Assembly (NCBI RefSeq): GCF_001194135.2 | Contig: NC_068981.1 | Location: 59,781,172 to 59,845,171 of the forward strand | Origin: Octopus bimaculoides | Taxonomy: Eukaryota | Direction of reading: 5' to 3' | DNA: 64,000 nucleotides | In this document: positions 1 through 13,257 of the stretch, one piece after another | Numbering within the stretch: position 1 is the first letter of the stretch | Layout of the letters: each line of letters begins with the position of its first letter | Notes under the pieces: generated by a model | Databases searched by the model: none | Told to the model about the DNA's origin: nothing | The model's input: the letters and a program-made list of their open reading frames with translations, nothing else | Program-made: the position numbers and the translations under genes

Positions 1-1067
1 TCTCGATGATACTATATATAGTCTTCGATCATATTCTTTCAAGTAATGGTTCTGAACCGTTTACTTTCAATGTGCCAGGTTACACAATTAGCTTCTATAG
101 AAATGCTGATTCACATGAAGCTTTGCCAAATGACTACAGAAATAGACACTCACACACACGCGCGCGGGAACGCCCACATATATACACATTCACACACACA
201 ACATACACCCACATACGCACACCCATATACGTACACACATATTCATGTATATATATATGGATACATAAATTTCTGATTAATCTTACGTGCGGAATCTCGT
301 CAGACGAAATTGATATACAATTTCATAGAAAAGTTTAATCTTTCGAATGAATACTACCTGCGTCTTTTTTAGGAGTAAAATATAGTCGAATAAACTAATT
401 AAATAATGTAAATATTACCTTGTCTTTGTATGACGAAATGTAAATGTGCGAAGTTAATATACGAAGACGCTGGGAAACATATCCTCAATATGTTTTCATT
501 TCGCTTTTCTTTATTGACCAAAAGAAATTTTGAATAAACTAAAGCATTAATTTAACAGAAATGGCAAATTGCCATACAAAGATATAACATTCTGTGCGTG
601 TTAAAGTCAAGCTCCCACGGATTTTACTTTGCTGTCATCTCACCGGAGTCATTTCATATAACCTATTAGAAAACGTTGGTTACGACTTCACTGATCATCG
701 TTTGGCAAATGTTAGCATGAACCCACACAGCAAATAATATGAAAAGAATAACATTATTAGGTTACTTCACTGCAAATAGTTTACTAATAATTATATACAC
801 AAAGTTTGTTTTGGTTTGTGCATATAGTAACTTGTTCCTTTGTAGATTTGTAAATGCTCACAACTTCTTGATTTATAAAATAAGAAATAGATCGTTATTA
901 ACACATATTTACGAACAGCAAACTGTCTATAATCTGGAAAACTTACTGCGTATTACAAAGTATCCATTCATGTTCGAGCTCAATTCGCCGTAAAAGTTAA
1001 ACTATTGAAACAAAACTTTCATTTACGGTTCACATACATGGAGAATGTGATTACACTCTCTCATCGG

Positions 1068-3430
1068 GCACTTGGATAGCGCCTTGATCACCTCCGCAGC
1101 TGTGATCGGCTCTCCACAGCACTCAGCCTCTCGTGCCGAGAGACGCAGGCCACCGGCGAGAAAGTCTCATAGGGCCTCACATAGTGTAGCATCCCGCTCC
1201 TTCCGAACAACTCGGTGATGTGCTTGTAAAGTATCTCACACATCTCATCCTGTCCTTTTACCAAACGTCCATTTTCGTCAATCAAAGACCTGATTATAGC
1301 ATCGTTGCCACGCTGGGTCTGTACCGTACGGGCCCACCCAGCAACATTAATTCCTTCGTGGCCCAATGCACATACTTTAGCATCCCTCATGTTTGATATT
1401 GAGGTGACGGTCCAAGGCCGTTCTCGCTGCTAAAATTTGGGATGCAGAGCCCAATCTAAACGCCTCTTCTAAAGCCTTAAGTAGGTTCCCTTCTAACCTA
1501 GCCATACCTCAGTTTAGGTGACGGCAAATCACAACCGGTTGTTTACCACGGTGCTAGTTAATGCTCTTTTCACTAACTCCTCAATCCGGTTACAGTATGC
1601 CTCACAAGCCAAAATAGACTTGTTCAGCTTCCAGTAGCCGGATCCCTGTCGATAGGCACTATTTATGTTCAGCCTACACTTAACCATTTTATGGTGTAGT
1701 GTGACTTGAACAAACTGTGGACAGCTAAAGCTAGACGTATCTCTAACCTTTATAACTATCCTGTCTAAGTAAGACTTGAGCTTCCCGTCGCCATTCCTCC
1801 AAGTCCATACTGGGACGCTCAAGTACTCAAGTCTGTAACGATCTGCCAGCTGAAAACGCTTAAGCTGATCGATGAGGCGTGAGCTAACACTCCTACCAGT
1901 CGAGCAACAACTATCTAGGCGTGCATCGAGTATAGTATTGTAGTCTCCTAACACGACTAATGTCTTGGAGGTCACGAGAAAGTTCTCTAGGCGCCGATAG
2001 AAATCGGTTTGCTGCCTTCTTTCACAAGGCGCGTAAATTCCGATCAACCTGAAGGCCTTGTTGCTGTATGTCACGTCAAGGACGACCAGCCCACTTTCAG
2101 TGTCCACAAAGACTGCAGAGTGAAGCCTTTTTCGGACCAGGACTATTATACCCCCTCGTCTGGCCAGGAGACATGATTTTCTCGTAGCCATTCAGGAAAT
2201 CTGAGAAGGTTTGTAGCCTATGTAGCTTGGTCTCTGTAACAACCATCACATGTATATCATGTGATCTGAGGTCGTCGAAGAAACATGCTTGCTTCCACTT
2301 CGAGCTCATACCACGCACATTTAAACAACCAAGATTAGGAGTTGACATTTTGAGGAACAGTAAAGGTTCTACTTACTTTTCTTTGGCGATGAGGGGGCCG
2401 GCCTCACGTCTCTTTAGGGGGGTCCCTCTTTTCTTCTCTTTCCTGAGGTATTTTGGTACGTCTTTTAACCTAGAGATGGCTTTTGGGTGTCTCTCCTTCA
2501 GTTGTTTAGATAATATTTCGCCTATCCAGGCACATTGTCTAGGATTGTCCTTGTGCTTTGGATATAATATTGTAGTGCGGAGTGGCGCTGTCACATCATT
2601 TGTGCATTCGTCCTTTGGGTCGAACTCGACCAAAAATCGTCTTTCACCTGGTTTTTCTGGAAGGTTGGGCGTTTTTATTTTTTAATGTTTGAGTTGATGT
2701 ATTTTCCGTTTTTGTTGAGGATGCGGACGGGGATTGTGTTAACATTCTTTTGGTCGGGCCTTGAATAACAGTGTACTCCTCCTCGACAGCCTCTATGGTG
2801 TCATCTAGGGGAGTTTTCACTTTTACTGTCAGGTGTCGTCGACGTTGAGGGGTTGGGTATTTTTGTTGTTGTCGGGACTGATGTGTGCGTGGATTGGAGC
2901 TTTCGGAATACTTGTTTGGGAACTTGTGTGGGCACCACAGTTAGGGGAGTGGATGTCTTTGCTAGTGTAAGGGCTGGTGTGTGCATGGGTTTGGGAGCGG
3001 TTTTTTGGGTTTGTGAAGGGTCATGCGTATGTGTATTCACAGAAGTTTGGGCCTTTACATTATTTTCCTTTTTTCCCGCGTCGCAGTCAACCCTTATGTG
3101 ACCTTTTCGGCCATATTTAAAACATCTGGGTTTTTTCCCCTCCACATGAATTTTGAGGGCCACGTATTCACCCACGAGCACTCTGTCGGGAATCCTTTCT
3201 TGGTCTTTTGGTGCCGCTTGAATGATGGCCGCGATGCTCTCTCGAGCCAATTTTGGGGGGCAGAGAATGTTACTTGTAGGATATTAATTTTATCTTCCCT
3301 GTTAAATAACAGGGTGGCCATCATCCACGCAGCATCAACATCCGGCAACACCTCTGTCACGCTGACACACATCTTCCCATTGAAAACCGGAAGGAGACTG
3401 TTAGCGATCATCCATTCATATAAGAGGCAA
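1068..3430 (-). mobile_element. Tx1/L1-clade non-LTR retrotransposon remnant (partial ORF1 + APE endonuclease + linker; RT absent)
   Basis: ORF1 pieces contain a zinc knuckle (EGKKPRCFKYGRKGHIRVDC, 3083-3124). ORF2 starts with LGCLNVRG...VTETKL and continues IGIYAP, VLGDYN, WTW, SYLDRI, DH-like HHKMV and GYWKLNKSIL. The linker ends PITAAEVIKAL just before the expected KSPGxDG motif. Several frameshifts. Confidence 0.88.
1529..2348 (-). pseudogene. Frameshifted APE (exonuclease-endonuclease-phosphatase) domain of the Tx1-type ORF2
   Basis: ORFs 2097..2348 and 1529..2191 join into one APE domain with the NVRG, xETK, IYAP, GDYN and YLDR motifs. Confidence 0.9.
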
Positions 3431-3431
3431 T

Positions 3432-4705
3432 TCTTTTTCTTTAATTTTATTCCTTTAACGGTTCCAGTTGTCGGACTGAGGCCATGCTGGAGCATCACCT
3501 TGAATGATATAATTTCAGTTATGTTGTCGCTTTATGGTTGGAAGTTGGTCTTTGGTTGAGTTTATAACAGCTGATCTTACATGAATGTATCCTTGAATGG
3601 TTGTCTGATCCGGTATCGTCGTTAGGAATTTATTTGTCCAATGTTTTTTTTTAATGTTTCAGTAGATTCCTTTCATATTTCTGATTTCTTTGGATAGGCA
3701 GTTAAATAGTTGAGGGCCTTTAAATATCAGACTGGTACAGTAGATTGCTTTGCTCGTGATTTACGAGGTGGCATATATAGAAGCTGACAATATCTACCGA
3801 TGCCGTGGTTTGGAATATGCCCGCTAGGATTTTCCATACTTATATTATAGTATATCCCTTTCTTTGGCGTTCAAGAGGGTAGATACGCAGAACTTCCACT
3901 AATTAAGACATTTAACCGAAGATTCATTTTAACCCTTTAATTTCTTCTATGTCACCAGGTAAATTAAGAGACTAAAACTGTGAGCAGTAATCTAATCTGT
4001 CCTGTTCAGAGCTAGGGTTTTCCGTAGTGTTAGCATAACTATTGGTTTTCTTGTTCCGAGGGCTCGTAGGCTCCATCCTATGAGATGTCTGCGTTTAAGC
4101 GTCAGTTTGGTGATTTGGCTGATGAAAGGTTCATCGTTTGACGTGATTACCCCTAGTCCCGTATGTCATTAGCGCTTTGAATCTGGTGTTAAATATCGCA
4201 GTTGATGTGTACTCCCCCCTTAATAAAGAACCTGAAATTTTGGTGTATTAAATTTCATAGTATTTTATCTGCCCATTGATAAATGAAATTTAGTACATTT
4301 TGGAGTGAGACAGTATCTTCTGGAATCTGGAGAGCGATCGATATTTCTGTGTCCTCGGCGTAAGTATTTATGTTGGCCGAGTGCACGTGTGACCATATAC
4401 CTGACATGGTATAAGATCACTAATAATAATGGGCCCAGAACCGTATCCTGAGGTATGCCACTTATCATAGCTGACTTAACAAAGACAAAACCATTTGTAA
4501 CTACTGAATGACTTCTACGGCATAGGAAGCCAAAGAACCATTCTCCAATTTTTCCTGTCATACCAAATTTTCTTAACTTATGACATGATTCCATGATTAA
4601 TTTGGCAAACGCCTTTGCATAATCAAGGTATACGCTTCCAGTGTCCTGTTCTCTCAAGAGATTATTGAGAATAGTGTTATTGTGCTCTATTAGTGTTACA
4701 GGCAA
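3432..4705 (-). mobile_element. CR1-group LINE: decayed RT, C-terminal region and 3' tail
   Basis: VYLDYAKAF, GKIGEW, SGIPQDTVLGPLL, then by frameshift YAEDT (YADD-like), QW...MKFNTPKFQVL, DYCSQF*S, YPLERQR..Y.II.VWK and GPQLFNCLSKEIRN...TIPDQ. An A-rich tail ends near 3432. Confidence 0.82.
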
Positions 4706-5690
4706 CTTCGTTTAGTTTGAAAACTATGTTGTTTGTCATTAAAAAGGTTTTTTTTTAATTTACAGTTGGCAGACTTATCATGGAGTTGTGAAGTATAGAT
4801 TTAGATTGAGGTGGACTACAGGGGGAAGAAAAAGGTGATACTTCACTAATTATAATAGTAGTATTGGTAATGGTATTAGCAATAGAATAGGATTACAATG
4901 GTGATAATAGATTTCTTGTGTTATTCTGAGCGAGTGAGAAATTTGAGTAGCCTGACTATGGAGAAGAGCTAGGGTCTCTGCTGTTTAATAGGCCATCAAT
5001 TGGGCTAGTATTGAGGAGTGACTGTGGCTGCTGATATTGTTGTAGTTGTTGTTGTGATAAGGGTGGTAGCAGTAGAATATGATAGCAATGATGATATTGG
5101 TATTCGGAGGAAATGGAGTATTTGGATAATTGAAATGTACACGGCTGTTGATTGTTGAGTTCAATAGGTCATTATCTGTACTAGCATTGAGGTGTGGCCC
5201 TGGCTACTGGTCAAATTATCGTTGCTGTTCCTGCTGCTGCTGTTGTTCTTCTTGTTGAACTGTAACTGAAGAAAATATATATGGAAGTTTTTCAAAATGC
5301 TGTGTGAATTAATTTAAATGAGATTTGTTCTGTATCTGCTACCCTGATCGGTTACGAAACTCTTTGAGTGTTCTTTTGGCAATATAATTCAGGCCTGAAA
5401 CTCCTATGTTTTCAGTTTGAGAAAGACAAAATCATGCATTTAGGGAATGTTGATTTCAATTTTAGACCACTTTTGTGTTTTTTTAGACGTCCTGTGAAGC
5501 CGAATGAGTCCGTGTGACAGTATAACATTGATAGATGGATGCGGAGGTAAAAATGTATGAATGTATCGGAGTGTGTACGAACGTGTACGAAAGTATGAAT
5601 CTGTGACATCAATGTATTTTTCAAAAATACAGGAAAAATTACAATGTATTCACGGGTCTGGGACGGTAGTAACACGAGAATTCTCAATAA
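4706..5690 (-). mobile_element. Possible decayed ORF1/5' region of the same CR1-group element
   Basis: Same strand and directly upstream of the RT. Cys/His-spaced and Gln-rich low-complexity remnants are present, but no unambiguous motif. Confidence 0.25.
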
Positions 5691-8600
5691 AATTCCACAT
5701 ATTGTAGAGTTTTAAATGTTATCTTGAGGTTTTGTAGGTTCTGCTAATTTCTTTAACACGCATACTGACTTATCAAAATTTTCAGAGTTAAGTTTGTCTC
5801 CTGATGAGTAACAAAATAAAACTCATGCATTTTAATGTCTTATTAAAGAGGAAAATGTTGTGTAATCATAATTATGACAAGCTAGTCGAAATTCTTCGTG
5901 GGCGTTTAAGCATTCATTTAATTTAATGGTGTTCATTAAGCAGATAATACATTATTAAACTGACTTCAGAAATTTTGTAAAACACCATTTATACAGAGTG
6001 CAACTGAAGAAAGCTAACTTTAGCTGTTCTTTGTCCGAACTGATTGGGTTTTACTACATATATGAAATGAGTATGGTTTGAGAGGGATAGCATGAATTAT
6101 TTATTCACCTATCTCCCACTCGATCAGAGGTTCAAACGGTAATTGAAGACTATTTAATAAATACATAGGCATCGCATGTAGCACTACTTACTTGCTTAAA
6201 AATATTCAAGAACTGTATATCAAAATTAGGGAAATTTGTCTATACAAAATCTTTAGAATCTTGACTAAACTGTAATAATGTGGCATAGTATTGTAATTGA
6301 TTACACAAAATTAAGTAAACAGAATATTCCACCCCAAGAATTTGCTTATGGGCAATAATACTGTCGATGAGTATAAAATGTTGGTGGTTGTGGGGCGTTG
6401 AATATAGTAAAAAACATCCTACTTACGAATCTTTAAAAACATTGTCATTTTATCGCACATAAAACAACAACAAAAACTGAATTTAAAATGATAATAAATA
6501 ATAATAAATGAATGAATCATAGCAACGAAAAACTATTTTTAAAGATATTTCCAGTAAGTCTACTAAAGAAGTTATATTTCTAAAGATTTTTTCGTTGTGT
6601 TTTTCTTCATTTCATATACTAAACTAAGGAAGAACATTCTGTACGTCTGTGCACGTAAAAGAACATATGTTTTTAGTTTGTACACATGTTCCGAAAGATA
6701 AAAAAGATTATTAATCATATTGCTGTAATCTTTCACGTTTAAGTTCTTTATTAAAAATGCGTTGATAAATATTTCTAAACGTCCATGTGCCATTTACTTA
6801 ACCGAATTTACGATATGCTTTCGTGAATTTCTCGTGCTCCTAAATTTTAGTATATACATTGTAAAAGCATGCACTTACAAATAGCAGAACACATGCCTGA
6901 TAAATTTAAAATTAGGTGCAAAAATTGCTACAAAATGTATATTTAAATTTTGCTACCTACCGCCAATCAGCTACGTTCCAGATACATAGGAGAAGGTAAT
7001 TTTTAATCAGTTTTATGGTTATTAAATGTTCCATTGCTTATTGCAACCAGATTTTCCCGCAAGCTTAGCGTCCCAAAAATTAAGAAATGTCTGTATTATG
7101 AATAAGTTAAAATAAATTCAAATGAAATTTATAAAAAAGTTCCCAATGGTGATATAAGTGAACAGTTTCGGTTCGATTATCTGTAAATCGATTTTAGTTA
7201 GCATATTTCTGATGCATGTTATTCCTTGCTGTATAGGCATTCACGATGCTTCAGGATACTTGACCATTTGTATGCGACGTTAAAGGGAGCTTCAACATGT
7301 GAAACGTCATGCTTAGTAGGAAGATTCAATGGTTATATAATATATGAAAATAATACTACGTCTTTTCATTACTCAACTATACCCTTTTGTTCAATATTTT
7401 CCAAAGAAACCATAAGAATAACAATCGGCCTGCTACTTTAAACCAGCGAAGCTTAGCAATTTGGCTCTATTCTAATAGAGAAATTCCATCTAGGAGAGAT
7501 AGTTAAAAGGCTTTGATATTGAGCTGAACTTCTATAATCTTAATGTTTGAATAAGTAATGAATTTCAGACAAATGACAGGCAAATAAATTATATGGAATT
7601 AACTTTCGTAAAAGATAAATTCGTTTCTAATGAAGATTTATAACTCTGTCCAAATATAGCTGAAAACTAAAAGAAAACAATTTACAATATATTTCCTATT
7701 TTATTTTGTTTTCCACTTTATCAAATTCCTTAATCGCCGTTACATTTATTTGGCAAAATTTCAATAGTGATACTTTTAATTATGTCACCTTCAGCACACT
7801 GTTCTTTCTGTTAAACAATTAAGAATATTGGACGTTATTAAAATTTTTGCTAAAATGCTTTCAAATATCTAAATTTAAGACATATGTTGGTAACATTGAA
7901 TATCAAATTAATTTGTTTAATGACTTCGGTTTACGAAATTACAGTGCTTCTTTTTGGCAAAAGAAGGATCTATCACTTACATGAAATAGTCTTTACTAAT
8001 GAATATAGAGTATGTATACAAATTCAATCTCATCTAAAGAGTAACTATCAAATAGTCTTGTGTTTGTAAATAACTTACTTCGCCAATAATTTTTATACTA
8101 CAAATAAACGTAATTGCTTTGTAATCTCCTGTACATGTTAGTGGAAGTAAAACTGAAAGAACCCAATTAATTTGAACATCACAATTTACATTTGTTCTTT
8201 ACTTTATTAATCATTACAGCACCTGATTTGACTTTTTATTATATTTTTATTTTCTCTCACTCTTTCCTCCTCCTACATCTAGCAGCTCGGGAATCTACAC
8301 ACCAAGGAAACCGAGAAAGCGGGAAACCGTTTTTTATGAGCCAGGCATGGCACGAGAAGGAACAAACAACATTATATATATATATAGGTGCGAATGGTTT
8401 TGTTATACGGCGCCGGATTTTACAATCCTGTAAATAATAATAATGGTATTCATATAAGCTGAAAGCTTATAGCGATCACCGTGCAATGACTAAAAAATAG
8501 TCTAATACTGATATCCACGGATATAGATACTTCCAATAAACATGCCTCTTACTATAAAAGTGCATTAAAAGAAGCAGGATATAATACGAAAATTAAATTC

Positions 8601-10412
8601 TTTAATAATTACGGATCCAATAATAATACTAGTAATCATCCTAACGCTCGAACCAACTATAGAAGTAATAACAAAGATAATAATAAACGATATAAGGAAA
8701 TAAATACAGATAATTATAGTATACGTATAAATAAAAATAATAATAAAAATGATTATAGTAAGGATAATACCAAAACTAATTCGAATGCAAATAAACATAA
8801 TTATTATATACCCACGAAAAATACACTGAAAATGAACAAAAATAAGAAGAATTATAATAATAGTAATATTATTGATAATAATAATAAAGATAAGGAAATT
8901 ATATGGTTAATTTTCCCTTATGAGGTCCAAATCAAAACTAATTTTAAAAAGAACAAAACGTACTCGAAAATATTCTCAAACAAAACTATCAGAGTGGGCT
9001 ATTCTAGAAAAAGAAATGTAATATTATATCCTCAATAAACAATGTCAAATTAAACAAATTCTATAATAACAATTTACCTAATATTAACAATGGCTACGGA
9101 AGAAATATAACAAACAAAAAACATAAGCGTATTTTAAATAAATGCACATGTAAGGAAAAATCCAAATATAGGCTTAATAAAAATTGCAACCTATATAACG
9201 TAATATATAAATGTACAGTAACCTCTAATAATAAGAAGAAGAAGAAGAAAAAAGAAGAAAGAATATATAGGATCCAGAGCGAACGAAATTAGAAGAAGAA
9301 TTTTCCAGCATCATCAGTCCTTCAAAAATCCCAAGTTAATAAATTTGATAGGTCTAAGTAAATACATATGGAAGCTGATATCTAATAAAATAGAATACAC
9401 CCTTAATTGGAATATCATTAGTAGTCATATTGAATACGTAATAAAATGTACTTATTATGCACAACAGAGTTTATGAAAATACTCCAGTCGAGAGAGGTAT
9501 TACTGTACAGTATTGAAGAGAGAGGGAAAAATACCGACATAAGAATAACTTTACGTATAATAAAATGAAAACTGTATGAAATCATAACCCTACCCACCTA
9601 ATATGTAATCTCTTAAACAATTATGAGGAAGATAGTTGAATGTAGTTATAATAGAATTTTATAGTAGTATTAGATACGGATATACCAGGTACCAAGAATA
9701 TATTAAAGAATATTACCTTAAAAGGAATAGACAGGTCACATGTAATCTAACATAAATCTCTAAATCTTAAAATCTATAAAAAAAATCTAGTTACAGCTAG
9801 ATTTAGGACTATCTAGTTATTATCTACCCTTGAATTCAACCTCTCTAATATTATTAGTTTTAGAGAATTTTTCAGAGTATATTAATGTGTTTATGTTATT
9901 CCCTTAATAGTTAGCGCATGACAGAAGAAGCAGCCATTTGCACGGGAACGAGAAGGAGTAAACATTATGTTGATAAGTATTCTTCCTTTGTTAATTTTGT
10001 TTACAAGATTCTTTTACTAGTTTTATTCAATACATTTATAACGTATATAGAGGTTTTTCCTAAATAATCTTTTTGAATACTATTAACTTACGTTTGGCAT
10101 AAAAATGATAATTCATACTTGTATAGATAGGGGTAAATCTTACACTAAATTATTAATTACCGTAATATTTATATAGATAGGTTATAGGATTTGATGTGTT
10201 TATAATATAGTCGTTGAGGGTTTCCTTAGGTTTAGCATTTTCTATATATATATATCGGTATTGTAATTTTTAGCTGTTTAATTTTTAAAATATTTTAAAT
10301 TTTAAAATTTTCAAAAATATATTTGTAACTTATATATTTTTATTATATTTTTATTCATATTCTTATTTTTCTATTTAATATGACTTATAATATGTAGATT
10401 TAACTTTGATCT

Positions 10413-10414
<2 letters not shown>

Positions 10415-10477
<63 letters not shown>
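10415..10477. repeat. (TAA)n microsatellite
   Basis: Perfect trinucleotide tract. Confidence 0.97.
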
Positions 10478-10480
10478 GAT

Positions 10481-10570
10481 AAATAACCTGATGACGTACT
10501 AGGTGATTTATGTATTACGTATAAACTTGATAAACACCCAACCAGCGCAGAAACACATGTAGCGTTGATT
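10481..10570 (+). ncRNA. Degenerate type I hammerhead ribozyme in the PLE terminal repeat
   Basis: CTGATGA at 10488-10494; stem II arms GGTGATTTAT (10502-10511) / ATAAACACC (10530-10538); GAAAC at 10550-10554; palindromic ACATGT; GTA triplet at 10559-10561. Basal stem II and stem I are imperfect. Confidence 0.45.
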
Positions 10571-11319
10571 AAAAATATCTTCTTTCCCCACAGACTAATA
10601 ACAGGTAAGTTATATATATTTTTTCAGATATTTAAAAAAATAATTTTATTGTATTTAATAGTCGGTTTTTTTAAATGCTTATATTATTTTATTGTGTATT
10701 TCAAACAATAAGGTTATCCTGAAATAGGAGTTGCGGTTCTATTGGTAAAATCCCAAGTTTGTAATAATATTAGAAATGATACTGTTTACATTGCATTAGT
10801 AAAGTGCAAAATAGTAAATGTGCTGATAACCNNNNNNNNNNNNNNNNNNNNNNNNNNNNNNNNNNNNNNNNNNNNNNNNNNNNNNNNNNNNNNNNNNNNN
10901 NNNNNNNNNNNNNNNNNNNNNNNNNNNNNNNNNNNNNNNNNNNNNNNNNNNNNNNNNNNNNNNNNNNNNNNNNNNNNNNNNNNNNNNNNNNNNNNNNNNN
11001 NNNNNNNNNNNNNNNNNNNNNNNNNNNNNNNNNNNNNNNNNNNNNNNNNNNNNNNNNNNNNNNNNNNNNNNNNNNNNNNNNNNNNNNNNNNNNNNNNNNN
11101 TATATGTATATACATATGTATGATGTGTGTATGCGTATATGTAAATACGTATGCACACACACTCACTACAACGCATACTCTCGCACACATAATCTTGTGT
11201 TTAGAAACGTAAATATATCCATATACGCAATTATATATGAGTGTGTGCTCAATTGTGATCATATATGCCTATGAATCTGTATCTTTCACTCTTTCTTCCT
11301 TTCTTTCCTTCCGTCTTTG

Positions 11320-11363
11320 CTTGTTTGTTTGTTTGTTTGTTTCTCTCTCTCTCTCTCTCTCGG

Positions 11364-11434
<71 letters not shown>

Positions 11435-11449
11435 CTGTCTCTCTCTCTG

Positions 11450-11487
<38 letters not shown>

Positions 11488-11512
11488 TGTATGTATGTAT
11501 GTATGTATGTAT
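11320..11512. repeat. Compound microsatellite (TTTG)n-(CT)n-(TATC)n-(CA)n-(TATG)n
   Basis: Direct reading. Confidence 0.97.
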
Positions 11513-11897
11513 ACACGACGAAATAAATCCACACCTGAATTGTCTCCGTTCAGTGCAGATTAAACATACCTGGAAATACACACAGGTAGTTCATATCGAC
11601 AACCAATATTTATATTCTAATTTTGCATTATTTTTGCGTGTTAATATGTGCGAATGCATGCGCTCCAAGTTTAGAACATGTATGCGCATACAAAAATTGC
11701 TTTAGTTTGTGTGGGTTTTATGTCTGTATAGATATTTTCATTCAGTTATGTTCGAATATAACCGGTAAAAATAATGCATATAATACACAAGTAGCATCAT
11801 ATTCTAATGCATGTTTATGCAGGTATACCCGGTTGTGGATGTGTATCCACCCGTTTATGGACACACACACACACACATACACACACAAGTACGTACG

Positions 11898-11955
<58 letters not shown>

Positions 11956-13194
11956 ATATACACAAGTATATATATGTCTGCTTTTAGGATGCCGATAAAC
12001 GCAAAATCAACTCTCTGGTCAGCCACATGTGGTGCCTAAAAGAAGGAGGATCCCCATTCATAATTAAATGAAAGCTCCTTGAACAATCAGGAGCTTATGT
12101 TAACGGGAGTAAATGATGTAAGTCTGCTTGGCAGAGAGGATAAGATTCCTAAAAAATCTTGCTTGGCCCAGGGAACTTTTTAAATTCCAAGAAGGAGTAT
12201 TCAGTTAATGTCGTCATCTATAACGTTTCTGCTTCAGATCCAGAATTCCACATTCGTTGAGGAGTCCCACTATAGCTTCTTCGATTATCACTACGGTGGA
12301 GCATCTCACCCTGCTGCACACAATATTTCTTTTGTTTACAAAACCAACTGAACGTTATGTTTTTCTTCCTCAAGGTGTAGAGAAGTTATGAGCTTTCAGC
12401 CATTTCAGTCTGATAAGTCACATTTACTGCTAAGTGCTTTATAGGCGCGGTCGCTCTATGACCGCTATTACACTTAATTTTCATATATATATATCATACA
12501 TACTATATATATATATATGTGTGTGTGTGTGCGTGTGTGTGTGTGTTTGTGTGTATATGTATGTATATATACATACATATATATAAGACACACTTGTACA
12601 TACACATGCAAGCGCATGCAGATACACATATTGAAATAACTTTAAATATTACAAAGACTCAGTGTAGGTGAACTAAGAATATAAACACATTGTCTTTATG
12701 CCCATGATATGCATAAACAAGGAGATAGTTTCACTGTTCACCACTTGTGAAGAAAGACATACAGAATTTCTTCCTCAATCCATACAATAGATTAACTGTT
12801 ACAAAAAGCAGTCATCAATTCGATTTGCGCAGTTGTCGCCAGCCCGTTTAATTAAATAACTATTCTACGCACAATAAAGCACAAATTAGAAAGAAAGATA
12901 TTTAAATGTCAATTTGACTAACGTTTAAATGCCATACTTTTAACCGTTGAAAGCGCTGATACGTAAATTAGGTATTCCATTGTTTTGGATAGACAAATTT
13001 GAGACTACCATAATTTATGACCACTTTATGTAGAAGCTGATCTTGGCAACTGATTTGCCAGTAATCTCTCTACATCTCTATATATAAATAGTATAGAAAA
13101 AAGTGCTTACATTCATATTTCCCCCACAGTGAGGGTCTGTAATATTTAAATTTATTTCCGTTCTTCTAATTGTTACTATTTTGTAATGTCTGTA

Positions 13195-13257
<63 letters not shown>

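Larger units (their letters stand above)
8490..10610 (+). mobile_element. 5'-truncated Penelope-like element (RT thumb + GIY-YIG remnant + 3' terminal region), Naiad-like by motif recall
   Basis: YYKSALKEAGY (8550-8582), KEIIW (~8898), YSKIFSNKTIRVGYS, KCTCKEK...NVIYKC, EYIG (9264-9272), LSKYIWKL...WNII and terminal YRHKNNF (~9533-9553). An AT-rich 3' region with a hammerhead-like core follows. Confidence 0.8.

Noticed and set aside
2227-3559. Plus-strand ORFs 2227..2685, 2853..3101, 3023..3559 (also 30185..30433, 41703..41906, 51073..51558)
   Set aside because: Antisense shadows of minus-strand retroelement coding sequence; no independent motifs.
5801-5830. CTGATGA motifs at 5801-5807, 17060-17066 and (minus strand) 59139-59145 as hammerheads
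   Set aside because: No correctly placed GAAA core or closing stems.
10742-11705. Long ORFs rich in YI/CV/HT/SL/X, here and at 18539-19018, 24045-24383, 36505-37053, 40324-40737, 49166-49441, 52483-52861, 56317-56615 and 60729-62918
   Set aside because: They are translations of dinucleotide/tetranucleotide microsatellites and N gaps.
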